From assembly GCA_965240325.2 (NCBI GenBank), contig OZ251227.1:1860001-1924000 (forward strand): DNA of 64,000 nt. Reading direction: 5' to 3'. Positions 60,001 through 64,000 of this stretch are shown here, in pieces (the first letter of the stretch is position 1; every line of letters starts with the position of its first letter). The notes under the pieces are model-generated. The model saw only the letters and a program-made list of their open reading frames with translations, had not been told where the DNA came from and did not search any database. The stretch comes from Rebecca billardiae RCC1528. Taxonomy: Eukaryota; Protista; Haptophyta. The position numbers were made by a program, and so were the translations under genes.

Positions 60001-61361
60001 GCGATGGTGGCGCTTTGACCGTCTGCGCTCGTGGCTGTGTGGCGGGCGCATGCCCACGCACGGCCGGGTGGGCACCGCATGCTGCGACGGCCGCACAGGC
60101 GGACGGCGACGCCTACACTTTCGAGTGTCTGCCCGTGGCCGAGGCAGCGCGCCGCCCATTCTTCTCCGTGCGCTTCCTCGCGACGAGCGGCAGCGCCGGC
60201 GGCGGAGGTGCTGCGAACGCGCAGAGCTCGGGCGCCGGCGGGAGCGGAAGCGCGGGCGCGGCCAGTGGTGGCACTGCCAGCGGCGGTGGCGGCGGCACCG
60301 GCACGGGCACCGGCGCCGCTGGCAAACGCCCTCTGAGCAGAGGCGACAGCGACGCGGGCGGCGGTGGCGACGACGTCCATGGTGCCGGCGGGCGTGATGC
60401 AGCCGATGCGGGAGGCGGTGGCGGCGGCGGCGGCAGCGGCGGCGGGCTCGGCGGCGGCGGCGGCCGTGGCGGTCGGCGCGGCCGTGGCGGCGGCCGTGGC
60501 GGCGGCGGCGGCGGCGGCGGCGGCCGTGCACGTGGCGGTGGCGGCGGCGGCGGCGCGGGCGTTCGCGATTCTCGTGACAACGGCGCCGAGAGTGAGCCCA
60601 CCCGTGAGGAGCTCGCCTGCCTCGACGTGGGCCTGGAGTCGGCGCTCGAGGACATGTACACGACGCACATCACCTCGATCGACTGGTGCTCGTGTCAGCT
60701 CGTGATTCACCTCGGCCTCCCTTGCCCACACATGCTGGGCGTCTGGGTGCGAAAGGGAGTCCGACGCGTCCCCAACGGCGTGATCCACCGCCGATGGACC
60801 GAGAAGCTCAACGACGAGGCTGACGTCGCGGCCCGCGCGGCCTACGCGCAGCACCTCAGGCGGGCGGCCGTCGATGCTGCGCGGGCAGCGCGCATTGCAG
60901 CCGCCCCAGTGGCGACTGCGATGTCGCAGCCGCAGAGGTATCACGCGCTCATGACGAAGGCGAAGGTGCTCATCGCCACAGCATCGAGCTCGTCGGCCAT
61001 GTACGACGAGCTCGACAAGGATTTCAACGCGGCGCTGACGAGGCTGGAAGACGGCCAGCTCGACAAGCCGCAGACGCACGGCTCGCGCGGGTACGCTCTG
61101 GCAAAGCACGCGCAGGCCAACCAGGGAGCAGTGGACGCAGCTGGAGAGCGCGCGCGCGCGCACGCTGCGGGTACTAACACACCCGCGGTGCCGAACGCAC
61201 CCGTGAACTCCAGCACGAGGAAACGCCAAGTCGCTGGCGACGGCAAGCGCCCGTCCACGAACAAGAAGCCGAAGAAGCCGTCGCAGCCAGAGGCCAAGCC
61301 TAAGGCAACGTCGAAGCCGAACGGGTCCAAGCAGCCAAAGAAGTCTAAGTCTCAGAAGTAG
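57071..61361 (+). CDS. MULE/FAR1-type transposase with SWIM zinc finger; exons ~57071-58574, 58688-59179, 59316-59588, 59707-61361 (possible extra in-frame intron 60021-60098)
   Basis: FAR1/WRKY-like CCSC..SGCAF..QHNH. Catalytic D (DDTFNTNRYNYKL), D (LITDGD), CxxH (LCVWH) and E (TRGESINS). SWIM motif WCSCQLVIHLGLPCPH. Lys-rich NLS-like tail. Three phase-1 GT-AG introns join the frames without stops. Confidence 0.88.
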
Positions 61362-62652
61362 CAGCTTCTGCTAGAGTGGCGCTCAAGCTGATCATGCGCT
61401 CACGTATAGTAGATACTAGAGACAGAGAGACTCTTGAGTTCAGCATCCATAGCGCCGGACGACTGAGTCGTATATATATATATAGTAATATATATATATA
61501 TAGTCATCGTCTTATAGTTATATTGATGATTATCATATTATTAATTATCACTATATGCTCGTCTGCTCGTATAGTTATTGGCGGTGGTATGATGCCGGGC
61601 ATGCCGGCGCGCGCCGCCGGGGCGCGCCGCGCCGGCCTGCTGACTCGTGAGTGCTGTCCCTGGCCCTGGTCCTGCAGCCTGTTGCCGCCACGGCCAAGTG
61701 CCCAAGCACTACCGCCAAGCGCGCTCGCTGGCCACGGCCTGCTCACCGGTCGCGGCGGCGCACGCCACGGCCGCGCCATCCGCGACGGCCGCGGCGCGCT
61801 CACTAGCCGCGGCGGCACGCTCGATCCGCCACCGACTCGCCTTCGGTCGCGACGGGCGCGACGGGCGCAGCGCGCTGGTCGGCCGGGCGCGCGAGACGGC
61901 CGCGGCGCGCGAGACGGCCGCGGTGCGCGAGATGGACGCGGCGCGCAGGTCTGCCGCCGTAATGCACTTACCGGCCGCAGCGCGCGTGGCAGCCGCAGCG
62001 CGCTCGCCGGCCGCGGCGCGCTCGCCGGCCGCGGCGCGCTCGCCGGCCGCGGCGCGCAAGACGGCTGCGGCGCGGGCGGCGGCCGTTGTGTGCACGCGGA
62101 CCGCAGCGCAAGCGGCGACCTTGGCGTGCTCGCCAAGCGCGCCGACAGCTGCGAGCGCGACAGCGCCAGTGAGCCCACCAGCTGCGGCGCCACGACCGTC
62201 GACAGAGTATTACTCTGCCGGAGTGCCAGACTTCAGACGCAGCGAGCCCGGCACGCCACGGCTGTCAGCCTGTCATGGTCTGGGCTCGGTCTTGAACCAG
62301 TAGCCACGCGCAGAGTAGTGCGCCGCACGAAGGGATCGTTTCGATCTGACGGGATTGCGATGATTGATTGATCCGGCTTCGAGCGTTACCGGCAAGTAAG
62401 CCAAGGTGGGCATGCACACGCCGCAACGCGCGAACGGCATGCGCGAGCAAAGTATCCGATGCGGGCAAGGGTAGATGGGGTGGCCCAGGGAGAAGGGGGT
62501 GGGCTGAGCTGGGCGTCCGTTACCAGGCTCAGCGCACTTCCACTTCACCCTGTGGCCACCGAAGACACAGCAGCGCGCGCAGCCATGAAGGGGGCGGGCT
62601 GCACCGCACGACGTGCGCTCCGAGTCGACGGTGGCCAAGTCGATCGAGCCGC

Positions 62653-62772
62653 TGGGCTGAGATAAGCGCTTATCTCAGCCCGGGCTGATTTAAGCTTATC
62701 TCAGCCCGGGCTGATTTAAGCGCTTATCTCAGCCCGGGCTGATTTAAGCTTAAATCAGCCCGGGCTGATTTA
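62653..62772. repeat. Array of the same palindromic units (right end)
   Basis: Four full cores plus a half core. Confidence 0.95.
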
Positions 62773-63142
62773 GCGCTGCCGCCGCTGCCCTCGCCCGCCC
62801 CTGTGCTGCCGCCGCCAAGCTGCGACAGCCGTCCTGATGGATGAAAATCCGCCTACGATTCGGGCATTCGGCATGGCGGCAGCGGCGAGCGCGGCGATGG
62901 AGGCGAAGCCGCGCATCTTGCTCATGGGGATGCGGAGGTGCGCCGCGCGCGCGCGCTTGTTCGCGCGTGGTGCCGGCCCATCTCGCCCCTTTAGATGAAG
63001 CCACGCACCAGGTAGAGTGCGCACGCGGCCCTGTACAATCAATTCAGCGACTCCCTCGGCCGTACTTATAATTACAATCCAGGTGCATCTAATCTCCCGT
63101 AACGGTCGCGCCCTCGTGCCTGTGTCTTTAAATCATAGAATT

Positions 63143-63179
63143 GGTCGAGCACCCCTCGCTAGGCGAGGGGTGCTCGACC
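63143..63179. other. Perfect 17-bp hairpin upstream of acyltransferase copy 2
   Basis: ggtcgagcacccctcgc-tag-gcgaggggtgctcgacc. Confidence 0.85.
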
Positions 63180-63258
63180 GTTACGGGAATCCCGCTGCTC
63201 AGGAACCACGTGCTCCGCGGGTCTTGTCACAGCAGACCGTGCGCGGTCCTCGTCGCCA

Positions 63259-64000
63259 ATGAGCAGTCCGTCGGGCATCCGAGTTCGTGCGCGCGTTCAC
63301 ACCGCCGCGTTCGAAGGGCTCCGCGGTATCGCGGCGCTCCAGGTGAGTCTGGGTCACTTCTGCCAGTTCATGCTCTACCAACCACTCGTGTACTTCAATG
63401 GCACGGCGGCTGTACAGCTCTTTTACGTGCTGGCCGGATTCATGACGTGCCTCGCCAACAACGAGGCGCCCTCGTCGGAAGCGGGGGGCTGCGGTCCGTT
63501 CGCGCGCCGATTCTGGGCTCGCAGGGTCGCCCGTCTTGGCCCCGTCAATTGGCTTTCGATCGTAGTTGGCACGCCGATCGCCGCCCTCCTGCACCCTCGG
63601 CCCCCGTGGCTCGTGCCGCTTAACGTCCTCCTGGACGCACTCTTTGTGCAGGCGTGGGTACCCGTCTTTCATTTGGTCAACGGGCCGCTCTTCTTCATGA
63701 ATGGGCTTGCGCTGTTCTACGGCGTGTTTCCCGCCATCCAGCGCCGCACGCAACAGCCGCGCTCAGCGCAGCGTGTCGTTCAGCTATGCTGGCGGCTCTG
63801 GGTTGCATACGTGGTGCTCTTTGTGCTGATTGCGGCTGCTTTCGAGTGCACCATCTCGCCTACCCCGGGCAGTTTGCCGTCGCAGACGCCGACCACCGCC
63901 GAGATCCTGCATCACGCGCGGCAGATGGCCCACAAGCACCCGTTGAGTAAGCTCCCCTTGTGCTTGATTGGCGCAGTGGTCGGCAGCTATGCAATGGCCC
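63259..64000 (+). CDS. Acyltransferase family 3, copy 2 (partial; runs off the window)
   Basis: Near-identical to 50851-51592, with 13 substitutions in 742 nt by manual comparison and no indels. Confidence 0.9.
   Translation, partial: MSSPSGIRVRARVHTAAFEGLRGIAALQVSLGHFCQFMLYQPLVYFNGTAAVQLFYVLAGFMTCLANNEAPSSEAGGCGPFARRFWARRVARLGPVNWLSIVVGTPIAALLHPRPPWLVPLNVLLDALFVQAWVPVFHLVNGPLFFMNGLALFYGVFPAIQRRTQQPRSAQRVVQLCWRLWVAYVVLFVLIAAAFECTISPTPGSLPSQTPTTAEILHHARQMAHKHPLSKLPLCLIGAVVGSYAMA

Larger units (their letters stand above)
54373..62778. mobile_element. Composite Mutator-like (MULE) / foldback element of ~8.4 kb with long imperfect TIRs and terminal palindrome arrays
   Basis: Ends ggcagcgctaaatcagcccgggctgattta / taaatcagcccgggctgatttagcgctgcc. 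54.5-55.7 kb is a diverged inverted copy of 61.7-62.7 kb. An internal inverted copy of the end sits at 56502-56756. Encodes a MULE transposase. Confidence 0.85.

Overview
Very GC-rich eukaryotic DNA with spliceosomal introns (mostly GTGCGC donors and CAG acceptors). Composition and gene style suggest a haptophyte-like alga (inference). Most long ORFs in the supplied track are antisense or off-frame shadows. The left part (1-21 kb) holds ordinary genes: a giant Ig/ASH-like coiled-coil gene head-to-head with a Chk2-like FHA kinase, then ATP-grasp, SAM-like/TROVE-vWA, F-box/Kelch and GT2-like genes. The centre (24.6-40.7 kb) is the standout: one ~4,800-aa receptor gene. It has seven one-repeat-per-exon LRR cassettes separated by mutually similar phase-2 introns, then a single 13.7-kb exon encoding a ~2,400-aa Ser-Pro3-4 extensin-like stalk, a REJ/GAIN-GPS region and a polycystin-1-like membrane part with IQ and EF-hand-like motifs but no channel domain. 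The right part (41-64 kb) has a sulfotransferase, a duplicated acyltransferase-3, a PILS-like transporter and stacked transposons: a foldback, a self-nested MITE pair, a pogo element whose empty site is also in the window, and an 8.4-kb MULE/FAR1 element with arrays of palindromic terminal units.
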